DNA of 64,000 nucleotides. Origin: Candidatus Limnocylindrales bacterium. Lineage in GTDB: Bacteria > Chloroflexota > Limnocylindria > Limnocylindrales > CSP1-4. The translations under genes were made by a program, and so were the position numbers. A model generated the notes under the pieces. It had not been told where the DNA came from, did no database searches, and saw only the letters and a program-made list of their open reading frames with translations. The stretch covers positions 29,870 to 93,869 of the forward strand of contig DASTOB010000061.1 in NCBI GenBank assembly GCA_035720425.1, written 5' to 3'. Every line of letters starts with the position of its first letter. Within the stretch, counting starts at the first letter, position 1. Shown here in pieces: positions 18,870 through 28,003 of the stretch.

Positions 18870-20819
18870 ATGGACGTCCTCGTTCCGCTCATCGCGATCC
18901 TGCCGCTGGCAGGGTTCGCGATCACCGCGCTCGTCGGGCGGCGGCTCGACAAGGAGGCCCACTGGATCCCGGTCGGCCTCGTTGTCGTCGCCTGGGCGAT
19001 CTCGATGGTCGTCGCGTACCTCGCGCTCACCCACGCGGAACCGTTCGGGGAGCACGGCTTCGGGGTCACGCTGTACGAGTGGATCCCGGCCGGCGACTTC
19101 GTCGTCGAGGCGGGCTTCTTCGTCGACACCCTGACGGCCTGCCTGCTCATCGTGGTCACCACGATCGGCATGCTCGTGCACGTCTACTCGATCGGCTACA
19201 TGAGCCACGACCCGGGGTACTGGCGCTTCTTCGCCTACCTCAACCTGTTCATGTTCTCGATGCTCCTGCTCGTCCTCGCGGACAGCTTCCTCGTCGTGTT
19301 CGTGGCCTGGGAGCTGGTCGGCCTGTCGAGCTACCTGCTCATCGGGTTCTGGTACCGCAAGCGGACCGCCGCTCTGGCGGCGAAGAAGGCGTTCATCGTC
19401 AACCGCGTCGGCGACGTGGGCTTCGCGCTCGGGATCATGCTCATCTTCGTGAGCCTCGGCACGCTCGACATCCGCGAGACGATCGAGCGCATCGGGGAGC
19501 TCGAGCCGCTCACGATCAGCGTCATTTCGCTCCTCATCTTCGCCGGGGCGATGGGCAAGAGCGCCCAGTTCCCGCTCCACGTGTGGTTGCCCGACGCGAT
19601 GGAGGGCCCGACGCCCGTCTCCGCGCTCATCCACGCCGCGACGATGGTCAACGCCGGCGTCTACCTCGTGGCCCGCACGAGCCCGATCTTCGCCCACGCC
19701 CCCGAGGCGCTCGTGGTCGTCGCCGCGATCGGCATCTTCACCGCCATCCTGGCCGCCTCGATCGCGCTGACCCAGACGGACATCAAGCGCGTGCTCGCCT
19801 ATTCGACGCTCAGCCAGCTCGGCTACATGTTCGCCGCCCTCGGTGTCGGCGCGTTCACCGCCGCGATCTTCCATCTCATGACCCACGGTTTCTTCAAGGG
19901 CCTGCTGTTCCTCGGCTCGGGCTCCGTCATCCACGCCGTGCACGAGGAGCAGGACATGCGCCGGATGGGCGGCCTGCGTCGGAAGATCCCGATCACCTAC
20001 GCGACGATGCTCGTCGGCTCGCTCGCGATCGCCGGCATCCCGCCGCTGGCCGGCTTCTTCAGCAAGGACGAGATCCTCGGCGAGTCGTTCAAGCTCGGGT
20101 TCGCGTGGGTCTGGTTCATCGGCTTCGTCGTGGCCGGCCTCACCGCGTTCTACATGTTCCGGCTCATGGGCCTCACGTTCTGGGGCGAGTTCCGCGGTCC
20201 GCGCGAGGTCTGGGACCGGATCCATGAATCGCCGCGGGTCATGACCGTGCCGCTCATCCTGCTCGCCATTCCGTCCGCCCTGCTCGGCCTGTACCTGGGC
20301 CTGCCACTCGGCGACAGCACGCTCCACCACTGGCTCGAGCCGGTGTTCCACGAGGCCACCGAGCTGCTCCACCACGAGCTCGAGCCATATGCGCTGTTCG
20401 GGATCGACGGCGTGCTCATCCTGGCCAGCGTCGGGGTCGCCGCGGTCGGCATCGCGATCGCCTGGCGGCTGTTCGGCGTCGAGCTGCCCGGCCTTCGGCA
20501 CCGCGCCCCGGACCCGGAGGCGGTTCGCACCCTGACCGCCCGCGCGCCGTTCCTCTACCGCGCGTCGCTCAACAAGTGGTGGTTCGACGAGCTCAACGAC
20601 CTGCTGTTCATGCGGATCGGCGGCCGGATCGCGGCCGCCCTATGGTGGTTCGACCGCGAGATCGTCGACGGGATCGTCAACGGGGCGGGAGCCGTGACGC
20701 GTGCCAGCGGCCGGGGTCTCGCCGAGGTCCAGACCGGCCGGGTCCAGAACTACGCCCTCGGGATCGCGATCGGGCTGATCGTGATGGCCGGCTCCTACCT
20801 GTGGATCGCGGGGCGCTGA
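18870..20819 (+). CDS. nuoL: NADH-quinone oxidoreductase subunit L
   Basis: Antiporter-like subunit: WELVGLSSYLLIGFW, GAMGKSAQFPLHVWLPDAMEGPTPVSALIHAATMV and a C-terminal lateral-helix region. Confidence 0.93.
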   Translation: MDVLVPLIAILPLAGFAITALVGRRLDKEAHWIPVGLVVVAWAISMVVAYLALTHAEPFGEHGFGVTLYEWIPAGDFVVEAGFFVDTLTACLLIVVTTIGMLVHVYSIGYMSHDPGYWRFFAYLNLFMFSMLLLVLADSFLVVFVAWELVGLSSYLLIGFWYRKRTAALAAKKAFIVNRVGDVGFALGIMLIFVSLGTLDIRETIERIGELEPLTISVISLLIFAGAMGKSAQFPLHVWLPDAMEGPTPVSALIHAATMVNAGVYLVARTSPIFAHAPEALVVVAAIGIFTAILAASIALTQTDIKRVLAYSTLSQLGYMFAALGVGAFTAAIFHLMTHGFFKGLLFLGSGSVIHAVHEEQDMRRMGGLRRKIPITYATMLVGSLAIAGIPPLAGFFSKDEILGESFKLGFAWVWFIGFVVAGLTAFYMFRLMGLTFWGEFRGPREVWDRIHESPRVMTVPLILLAIPSALLGLYLGLPLGDSTLHHWLEPVFHEATELLHHELEPYALFGIDGVLILASVGVAAVGIAIAWRLFGVELPGLRHRAPDPEAVRTLTARAPFLYRASLNKWWFDELNDLLFMRIGGRIAAALWWFDREIVDGIVNGAGAVTRASGRGLAEVQTGRVQNYALGIAIGLIVMAGSYLWIAGR

Positions 20820-20821
20820 CG

Positions 20822-22468
20822 ATGGCCGTGTCGAGCATCCCGATCCTCACGATCGTGACCTTCCTGCCCCTTGCCGGGGCGATTGCCGTCGCCCTCCTTC
20901 CGAGGTCGGCCGCCCGCCCCGTGGCGCTGGCCGCCGCGCTGCTCGCGTGGGTGGCCTCGCTCCTGCTCCTCGTCGGCTTCGTCCCGACGCCGGTCGCCCA
21001 TCGCTTCCAATTCGTCGAGGTCGCCGACTGGATCCCCCTGTTCGGGATCCAGTACAAGCTCGGCGTCGACGGCCTGTCGGTCGTCCTCGTCGTGCTCACC
21101 ACGACGCTCATGTGGATCAGCATCCTCGCCTCGTTCCGCCCGATCCAGGAGCGGATCAAGGAGTACATGGTCTCGTTCCTCATCCTCGAGGTCGGGATGA
21201 TCGGCGTGTTCGTCGCCCTCGACACGTTCCTGTTCTACATCTTCTGGGAAGTCGTCCTCGTTCCGATGTACCTGATCATCGGCATCTGGGGCGGCGCGAA
21301 CCGGATCTACGCGACGATCAAGTTTGTCCTGTACACGCTCGTCGGGTCGCTGCTCATGCTCGTCGCGATCCTCGCCACCGCGTTCGCGTTCCAGGACGCG
21401 AACGGCGGCTCGTGGGTCGGCGCGTTCGACTTCGAGGCCCTGCGGGCCCACGCGGCGACGACCGGCTTCGCCGATGGGCTCCAGCTCTTCGCGTTCGCCG
21501 CGTTCTTCCTCGCCTTCGCGATCAAGGTCCCGATGTTCCCGTTCCACACGTGGCTGCCGGATGCCCACGTCGAGGCACCCACGGCGGGCTCCGTGATCCT
21601 CGCCGGCGTGCTGCTCAAGCTCGGCGGTTACGGGTTCATTCGGTTCGCCCTGCCGCTCTTCCCGGCGGCCGCGCAGGCCTACGCGCCGGCGATCATCGGG
21701 CTCAGCCTCATCGCGATCATCTACGGGGCGATCGTCGCCCTCGTCCAGCCGGACCTCAAGAAGCTCGTCGCGTACAGCTCGGTCAGCCACATGGGCTTCG
21801 TCACGCTCGGCATCTTCGTGTTCCGGGAACAGGGCATGCAGGGCGCGATCCTCCAGATGGTGAATCACGGGCTCATCACCGGCGCCCTGTTCCTGCTCGT
21901 CGGCGTGATCTACGAGCGGACGCACGATCGGACGATCGCGAAGATGGGCGGGCTGTCGGCGAGCGTGCCGGTCTATGCCGCGCTGCTCGGGTTCTTCGTC
22001 TTCGCCTCCGGCGGGCTGCCCGGCCTGTCCGGGTTCGTCGGCGAGTTCCTCGCCCTCGTGGGCGCGTTCGACTACAGCCCGGCCGTCGGCGCGATCGCCA
22101 CGTTCTGCATGATCCTCGCCGCGGGCTATCTGCTGTGGATGTTCCAGCGAGTCGTGTTCGGCGAGCTGTCCGACTTCCTCAAGGGGCTCGGCCACCACCT
22201 CACCGACGTGTCGCCGATCGAGCTCCTCACGCTCACGCCGCTCGCCGCACTTGTCGTCGTCCTCGGCCTGTTCCCGGGTCTCGTGCTCCACCTCATCGAG
22301 GGGTCCGTGCTCGGCGCCCTGTCGGACGTGGAGCCGGTGCCGCCGGCGGCGATCGATCCCGTCGTGCCGGTCGTCGTCGGCATCGTGCTCCTGGCGATCG
22401 TCGCGTTCCGGGTGCTCGCCATCATCGGGCCGGCCGCCGAGCCAGCCGAACCGGCGGAGGCGGCCTGA
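20822..22468 (+). CDS. nuoM: NADH-quinone oxidoreductase subunit M
   Basis: FYIFWEVVLVPMYLIIGIWGG...KVPMFPFHTWLPDAHVEAPTAGSVILAGVLLKLGGYG. I used the ATG at 20822 (MAVSSIPIL). Confidence 0.93.
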   Translation: MAVSSIPILTIVTFLPLAGAIAVALLPRSAARPVALAAALLAWVASLLLLVGFVPTPVAHRFQFVEVADWIPLFGIQYKLGVDGLSVVLVVLTTTLMWISILASFRPIQERIKEYMVSFLILEVGMIGVFVALDTFLFYIFWEVVLVPMYLIIGIWGGANRIYATIKFVLYTLVGSLLMLVAILATAFAFQDANGGSWVGAFDFEALRAHAATTGFADGLQLFAFAAFFLAFAIKVPMFPFHTWLPDAHVEAPTAGSVILAGVLLKLGGYGFIRFALPLFPAAAQAYAPAIIGLSLIAIIYGAIVALVQPDLKKLVAYSSVSHMGFVTLGIFVFREQGMQGAILQMVNHGLITGALFLLVGVIYERTHDRTIAKMGGLSASVPVYAALLGFFVFASGGLPGLSGFVGEFLALVGAFDYSPAVGAIATFCMILAAGYLLWMFQRVVFGELSDFLKGLGHHLTDVSPIELLTLTPLAALVVVLGLFPGLVLHLIEGSVLGALSDVEPVPPAAIDPVVPVVVGIVLLAIVAFRVLAIIGPAAEPAEPAEAA

Positions 22469-22518
22469 GCCATGCCTGACGCCCGCCCGATGCCTGCATC
22501 CCGCCCGGTGCGTTCCTC

Positions 22519-23982
22519 ATGACCGCTGCCGACCTCGTCACGATCGCGCCGCTTGCCGCCGCTGTGCTCGTCGCCATCGCGGTCATCGTCGTCGACCTCG
22601 CCTGGCCGGGTCGGTCGGAGCCGGTCGTGTTCGTGTCGCTGGCCGGCCTGGCCGTCGTCGCCGGCCTGATCGTCGTGACCGGCGCGACCGCGGCCTCGGC
22701 GTTCGGCGGGTCGTACACGGTCGACGCCCTGACGACGTTCCTCGACCTGCTGTTCGTGGCGATCGTCGGCCTCACGATCGCGTTCGGTCCGGACTACCTC
22801 CGGCCAAGGGACCTACCGCTCGCGGAATTTGCGACGGTGCTCATCTTCGCGATGTGCGGGGCGATGCTCATCGCCGCCTCGACGGACCTGCTCCTCCTGT
22901 TCCTCGGCCTCGAGCTCATGGTCCTGCCCGGCTACCTGCTGGCGGGCTACCACAAGACGGACGGTTACTCGACCGAGGGGGCGATCAAGTACTTCCTGCT
23001 CGGTTCGTTCAGCTCGGCGATCTTCCTGTTCGGCCTCGCGTTCGTGTGGGGGCTGACCGGCACGACACGCGTCGCCGGCGTCGCCGAGGCGCTGTCCGGG
23101 ATTGCCGCCGGCTCGGCTGTTTTGTCGCCGGGCCTGGCGATGGGCCTCGCGTTCATGACCACTGGCGTCGCGTTCAAGATCGCGGCGGTCCCGTTCCATT
23201 ACTGGACGCCGGATGCGTATCAGGGCTCGCCGACGCCGATCACCGGCTACCTCTCGGTGGGCCCGAAGGTCGGCGCCTTCGCGCTGATCCTGCGCCTGTT
23301 CGTCGAGGCGCTCGGGCCGCTCCGCGAGGAGTGGCTGCCGGTCGTCGTCGTGCTCGCCGCGATCACGATGACGCTCGGCAACCTGGTCGCGCTCACGCAG
23401 ACGAACGTCAAACGGATGCTGGCCTACAGCTCGATCGCCCACACCGGGTACATGCTCGTGGGCCTCGCGGCGTACGCCGCAGGACGGATGGAGGGCCTCG
23501 AGGGCCTGCTGTTCTACGGAGCGGCCTACTCGTTCATGAACCTCGGCGCCTTCGCCGTCGTCGCCGCCCTCCAGAAGCGGGCCGGCGTCACCTCCGGGCT
23601 CGACACGTTCGCCGGGCTCGGGCGGCGCGAGCCGGTCCTCGGGATCCTCATGACGCTGTTCCTCCTGTCGCTCACCGGCATCCCGCCGACGGCCGGGTTC
23701 TTCGCCAAGGCGTACGTGATCCTCGCCGCGGTCCAGGCCGGCGGTGGGGTCGCGTTCCTCGCCGTGATCGCCGTGCTCAACGCGGCGGCGGCCGCGTTCT
23801 ACTACCTGCGCGTCGTCGTGTACATGTTCATGCGCGAGCCGCGGACCGAGGCCGAGCCGCTCCGGCACGGTCGCCTGCTGTGGGTGGGGCTGGCGGCAGC
23901 GACGGTCCTGACGATCGTCTTCGGCGTGTTCCCGAATGCCCTGCTCGACGCCGTGGGAGCGGCCGCCCGGGCCATCGGGTAA
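22519..23982 (+). CDS. nuoN: NADH-quinone oxidoreductase subunit N
   Basis: LELMVLPGYLLAGY...FKIAAVPFHYWTPDAYQGSPTPITGYLSVGPK...KRMLAYSSIAHTGY. Confidence 0.93.
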   Translation: MTAADLVTIAPLAAAVLVAIAVIVVDLAWPGRSEPVVFVSLAGLAVVAGLIVVTGATAASAFGGSYTVDALTTFLDLLFVAIVGLTIAFGPDYLRPRDLPLAEFATVLIFAMCGAMLIAASTDLLLLFLGLELMVLPGYLLAGYHKTDGYSTEGAIKYFLLGSFSSAIFLFGLAFVWGLTGTTRVAGVAEALSGIAAGSAVLSPGLAMGLAFMTTGVAFKIAAVPFHYWTPDAYQGSPTPITGYLSVGPKVGAFALILRLFVEALGPLREEWLPVVVVLAAITMTLGNLVALTQTNVKRMLAYSSIAHTGYMLVGLAAYAAGRMEGLEGLLFYGAAYSFMNLGAFAVVAALQKRAGVTSGLDTFAGLGRREPVLGILMTLFLLSLTGIPPTAGFFAKAYVILAAVQAGGGVAFLAVIAVLNAAAAAFYYLRVVVYMFMREPRTEAEPLRHGRLLWVGLAAATVLTIVFGVFPNALLDAVGAAARAIG

Positions 23983-24048
23983 GTCCCGGTAGCGCGTCCG
24001 CGCGGACCTCCCGGCGCACGAATCGCGCCACCCCCGTACGATTCGGGC

Positions 24049-25683
24049 ATGCCGGATGCCACGCGCGCCGGCCTGCTCGACGAACTGCTGGGCCGCGACG
24101 GCCGCCTGTTCGTCGTCTCCAACCGCGGGCCGATCACGTTCGACACGGATCCCGATGAGCCCGACGGCCTGACCGCCGGTCGCGGGTCCGGTGGGCTCGT
24201 GACGGCCCTGGCCGAACTCGGCCGTCACGCGCCGGTGACCTGGGTCGCCGCGGCGTTGACCGAGGGCGATCGGATTGCGGCGCCGCACCTGGATCGCGGG
24301 CAGCCGCGCCAGCGGCGCCGCACCCGGTCCGGGGTCCGCGGGCGGGTCGGAGCGCTGATCGAGGACCTCCTGCCGGGCCAGGATCTCGCCCTGTCGTACG
24401 TGCCGCTCGATCCGGACGTGTACGACCGCTTCTACCGCGTCGTGTCGAACCCGTTCCTGTGGTTCCTCCAGCACCGGATGTACGCGCCGGCGTACGGCCC
24501 GAACGTCGACGCCGCCCTGCTCGACGCGTGGCGGCGCGGCTACCGCAGCGCGAACGCGACCCTCGCCGAGGCGGTCGTCAGGGCCGCCGCGGGCCACGAG
24601 CGGCCGATCGTGCTCCTCCAGGACTACCACCTGTACCTCGCCCCGGCGCGCATCCGCGAGCGCCTGCCGCACGCGACGATCCTCCACTTCAATCACATCC
24701 CGTGGCCGGCCGAAAGCGAGTGGCAGCTCCTCCCGCAGGCGCTCCGGCGCGAGATCTGCGAGGGCCTCCTCGCGTGCGACATCGTGGGCCTCCAGACCGA
24801 CCGCTACGCGTCGCACTTCCTCGACACCGTGGCGAGCTTCGTGCGCGACGCGCGGGTCGACCCGGAGGGCCGATCCGTCCGCTGGCGCGACCGGCGGATC
24901 CGGGTTCGGACGTATCCGATCGCGGTCGATCCGGACGGCCTCGCCCGCTTCGCCCGTTCCGCGCCGGTGACGGAGCGGGTCGAGCGCATCCGGCAGCGCC
25001 TCGAGCGCGCGGGCAATCCGGCGCTCATCGTACGGGCGGACCGGATCGAGCCGTCCAAGAACGCGTTGCGCGGCTTCCTCGCCTTCGAGGAGCTGCTCGA
25101 GCGCCACCCGGAACTGCGCGGCACGGTCCGCTTTCTCGCCGTCCAGGCACCGACGCGGACGGAGATCCGCGAGTACGCGGAGTACGGCGCCGCGGTCCGC
25201 GAGGTGGTCGCCCGGGTGAACGGCCTGGCCGAGCCGGACGACGCGCCGATCTGGATCGCCGATGGCTCCGACTACGCGATGGCGATCGCCGCCCTCCGCC
25301 TGGCCGACACGGTGCTCGTCAACCCGCTCGTCGACGGCATGAACCTCGTCGCCAAGGAGGCCGTGCTCGTCGGCGAGCGAGACCCGGTGCTCATCCTGTC
25401 CGAGACCGCCGGCGCGGCCGAGCAGCTGGCCGGCGATTCGCTGACCGTCGCCCCGGCCGACATCGTCGGGACGGCGGAGGCGCTCGAGCGCGCCCTCCGC
25501 ATGCCGCGGGACGAGCGGCGGGCGCGGCTGCGGCGCCTTCGCGCCTCGGTCCGCGAGGAGGACCTCGATTGGTGGCTGCGGAGGCAGCTCCGGGACGTCG
25601 CCGCCCTCCGGCGCGGCGATCTGCCGCCGTCGCGCCGGCTGCGCGACACGGTCAGGCGAGTCGAGACCGCACTTCCCGGCTGA
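24049..25683 (+). CDS. otsA: Alpha,alpha-trehalose-phosphate synthase (GT20)
   Basis: LFVVSNRGP...GSGGLVTAL...NPFLWFLQH...VLLQDYHLYLAP...RADRIEPSKN...DGMNLVAKE. Confidence 0.9.
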   Translation: MPDATRAGLLDELLGRDGRLFVVSNRGPITFDTDPDEPDGLTAGRGSGGLVTALAELGRHAPVTWVAAALTEGDRIAAPHLDRGQPRQRRRTRSGVRGRVGALIEDLLPGQDLALSYVPLDPDVYDRFYRVVSNPFLWFLQHRMYAPAYGPNVDAALLDAWRRGYRSANATLAEAVVRAAAGHERPIVLLQDYHLYLAPARIRERLPHATILHFNHIPWPAESEWQLLPQALRREICEGLLACDIVGLQTDRYASHFLDTVASFVRDARVDPEGRSVRWRDRRIRVRTYPIAVDPDGLARFARSAPVTERVERIRQRLERAGNPALIVRADRIEPSKNALRGFLAFEELLERHPELRGTVRFLAVQAPTRTEIREYAEYGAAVREVVARVNGLAEPDDAPIWIADGSDYAMAIAALRLADTVLVNPLVDGMNLVAKEAVLVGERDPVLILSETAGAAEQLAGDSLTVAPADIVGTAEALERALRMPRDERRARLRRLRASVREEDLDWWLRRQLRDVAALRRGDLPPSRRLRDTVRRVETALPG

Positions 25684-26557
25684 GCAGCGCGAGTGCCCGG
25701 GCGGCGTCGTGCGGGCCCGCGAGCAGGACGTCGGCGGCCTCGATGACCTCGTCGGGGGTCTCCGCGGCTCCGTGAACCCCGACGGCGAGGCCGTCACGGA
25801 GCTGGCCTGACTCACGCGCCGTCCGGATGGCCCGAAACGCCTCGGCGTCGCTCCGATCGTCGCCGAGGACGATCGCCGCTGCCGGTCTGATCTCGTCGAG
25901 CAGGCGCTCGACGGCCGCTCCCTTGTGGCCGGCCCCCTCCGGATGGAGCTCGACGACCCGGCGACCCTCGAGCCGGACGAGGCCGATCTCGCCCGACGCG
26001 GTCTCCGCGTCATCGATCGCGGCGAGCACCGCCGCGCGGGCCGCGTCGCCGTCTGCCGCGCGGCGAAAGTGGAACGCCACGGTCGGGCCCTTGTCCTCGA
26101 CGAACAGCCAGCCGGGATTGCCCAGCCGGATCGCCACGTCGTCGGCCAGGCGGCGCACGGTTGGGGCGTGCCGGGAGAGGGCGGGGTCGGTTGCGACCGC
26201 CAGCCGCTCCGCCGATGAGCGGCGGGCCAGCGCGCCGCCCTCGACGCCGTGGTTGCCGAGGTACCGGACGCCCCCGACGCGAACGCGCCCGGCGACGTCG
26301 GCCGCGGCCCGGCCGGACAACACGACGAGCTCGAGCCGATCGGGATGGCCCTCGGCGAGGGCAGCGAGCCGGCGGAGCGCCGCCCGCCCGAGCGGCAGGA
26401 CGCGGGTCGCCATCGGCTCCGGCGTGATCGGCGCGATCGTGCCGTCGAAGTCGGTCACGACGAGCAGCCGACCGCGGGCCGCGGCGACCCCCGCGATCGC
26501 CGCGATCCGGCCGGCAACGATCGGCCAGGAGGTCACGGCGCCCTCCGCGCCGATCAC
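25652..26557 (-). CDS. otsB: Trehalose-phosphate phosphatase (HAD family)
   Basis: LLVVTDFDGTIAPI...ELHPEGAGHKGAAVERLL...VLGDDRSDAEAF. I placed the start at the GTG at 26557, which overlaps the upstream redoxin stop (GTGA); the GTG at 26536 is an alternative. The 3' end overlaps the convergent otsA gene by 32 nt. Confidence 0.85.
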   Translation of the reverse strand: MIGAEGAVTSWPIVAGRIAAIAGVAAARGRLLVVTDFDGTIAPITPEPMATRVLPLGRAALRRLAALAEGHPDRLELVVLSGRAAADVAGRVRVGGVRYLGNHGVEGGALARRSSAERLAVATDPALSRHAPTVRRLADDVAIRLGNPGWLFVEDKGPTVAFHFRRAADGDAARAAVLAAIDDAETASGEIGLVRLEGRRVVELHPEGAGHKGAAVERLLDEIRPAAAIVLGDDRSDAEAFRAIRTARESGQLRDGLAVGVHGAAETPDEVIEAADVLLAGPHDAARALALLSREVRSRLA

Positions 26558-27207
26558 GGCGTGACGTCGACGCCGGGCAGGATCCGCGCGACGCCGCGCG
26601 CCATGATGTCCGGGCCGATCCCGCCGAACGCCCCGTCCCGGATGATCCCGTCGGCATCGATCCAGAAGTGGACCGGCAGGGCGTACGCATCCCACGCGCG
26701 CTGGGCCGCGCCGTCAAGGTCGAGTCCCACCGGGAACGTCGCGTTGAGCGACTGGGCGAACGCGGCGACGAGGCCCTCCTCTTCGCGCACGTCGATCGCG
26801 AGGACGATCAGCCCGTCGTCGGCGTAGCGCACGGCGAACCCGTTCATGCGCGGGAACTCCTCCTGGCACTCGGGACACCAGGTTGCCATGAAGTTCACCC
26901 ACACCGGCGACCCGACGAGGGCCGCCAGGTCGATCTCACCGCCGCCGACCTGGGGGACGACGAGCGGCGGCGCGGGCTCGCCGACGTGGAAGCCACCGAC
27001 GATCGGTCCGACGGTGGGGACGGCCGTGGCGCTGCTCGTCGGTGTCGGCGACGCGCTGGGCGAGGCCTGCGACGGGGCAGTCGGCGACGGGTCGGCGGCG
27101 GATGGGCCGGTGGGTTCCGGAGCGAACGCGACGATCGCACCGATGACCACCGCGGCGGCGAGCACGCCCGTCACGACGCCGGCGGCGATGGGAACGCGGG
27201 AGGACAT
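26554..27207 (-). CDS. Membrane-anchored thiol:disulfide oxidoreductase, TlpA/ResA-like redoxin
   Basis: N-terminal TM segment, a Pro/Ser/Thr linker, and a thioredoxin-fold motif VWVNFMATWCPECQEEFP. Confidence 0.85.
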   Translation of the reverse strand: MSSRVPIAAGVVTGVLAAAVVIGAIVAFAPEPTGPSAADPSPTAPSQASPSASPTPTSSATAVPTVGPIVGGFHVGEPAPPLVVPQVGGGEIDLAALVGSPVWVNFMATWCPECQEEFPRMNGFAVRYADDGLIVLAIDVREEEGLVAAFAQSLNATFPVGLDLDGAAQRAWDAYALPVHFWIDADGIIRDGAFGGIGPDIMARGVARILPGVDVTP

Positions 27208-27258
27208 CGCCGCGGAGAGTACCAGTACGAGCGTGCGGGGGCCGTCTCGGACGTTCGC

Positions 27259-27267
27259 TGCTAGGCT
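27259..27267 (+). promoter_or_regulatory. Candidate extended -10 element (TGCTAGGCT), which would give a leaderless or near-leaderless transcript of the 27277 gene
   Basis: TGcTAGGCT ends 9 nt before the ATG at 27277. This spacing fits a transcription start at or next to the start codon. Confidence 0.4.
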
Positions 27268-27276
27268 GTCCGTCCG

Positions 27277-27996
27277 ATGTCGACCATCCGGGATCGCCTC
27301 CGCACGCGTCTCGTGCCCTCCCTGTTGACGGCGAGCGGCGTCATGCTCGTCGCGGCCGGCCTGCTGTCCTACACCGGACCGGTCGACGCCGGGGTCCCGA
27401 CATCACCGCCGCCCACCACCGCTCCGCCGACGGCGACCCCGTCGCCCACGCCGACCCCGTCGCCCACGTTCCCGCCGTCGGTCGAACCATCCGCCTCGCC
27501 GTCTCCGTCACCGTCCGTGCCGAGCGACCGGGTCTCGACCCGCGTCGTCGTCCCCGCGCTCGGGATCGACCTGCCGGTGGTCAAGCCGCCCGGCGACAAC
27601 TCGTATCCACTGTGCAACGTGGCCGAGTACATCCAGGAGCTCGGCCAACCCGGACAGGGCCGGGCGACCTACCTCTACGCGCACGCCCGGACGGGCATGT
27701 TCCTGCCGATCCTCGACGCTTCGAAGGTCAGCAACGGGGCGGCCATGCTCGGCATGCTCGTCCAGGTCTACACGAGCGACGACCAGCTGTTCCTCTACGA
27801 GATCGTCGAGATCCGCCGCCACCAGACGTCGCTCGGCGACGCGCTCGCGGCGAACACGGAGCAGGTCTGGCTCCAGACGTCCGAGGGACCCCGCGGCACA
27901 CCGGGCAAGACCCAGGTGATCGCCGACTTCCTGTTGAGCGGCCCGGCCGATCCGGCCGATGCGCACCCGGTGCCCAAGCCGGTCGTGTGCGGCTGA
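27277..27996 (+). CDS. Sortase-fold-like exported protein with the active-site Cys position occupied by Ser
   Basis: N-terminal TM segment, Pro/Thr/Ser-rich linker, then sortase-like blocks RVVVPALGIDLPVV, ATYLYAHARTGMF, LFLYEI and VWLQTSEGP in the position where sortases carry TLxTC. The family assignment is by eye only. Confidence 0.45.
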   Translation: MSTIRDRLRTRLVPSLLTASGVMLVAAGLLSYTGPVDAGVPTSPPPTTAPPTATPSPTPTPSPTFPPSVEPSASPSPSPSVPSDRVSTRVVVPALGIDLPVVKPPGDNSYPLCNVAEYIQELGQPGQGRATYLYAHARTGMFLPILDASKVSNGAAMLGMLVQVYTSDDQLFLYEIVEIRRHQTSLGDALAANTEQVWLQTSEGPRGTPGKTQVIADFLLSGPADPADAHPVPKPVVCG

Positions 27997-28003
27997 CGCC
28001 GCC

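Noticed and set aside
25652-25683. The 32-nt 3'-end overlap of the convergent otsA and otsB genes as a regulatory antisense feature.
   Set aside because: Short convergent overlaps are common in compact GC-rich genomes, and no additional structure is visible. I note it only in the feature evidence.
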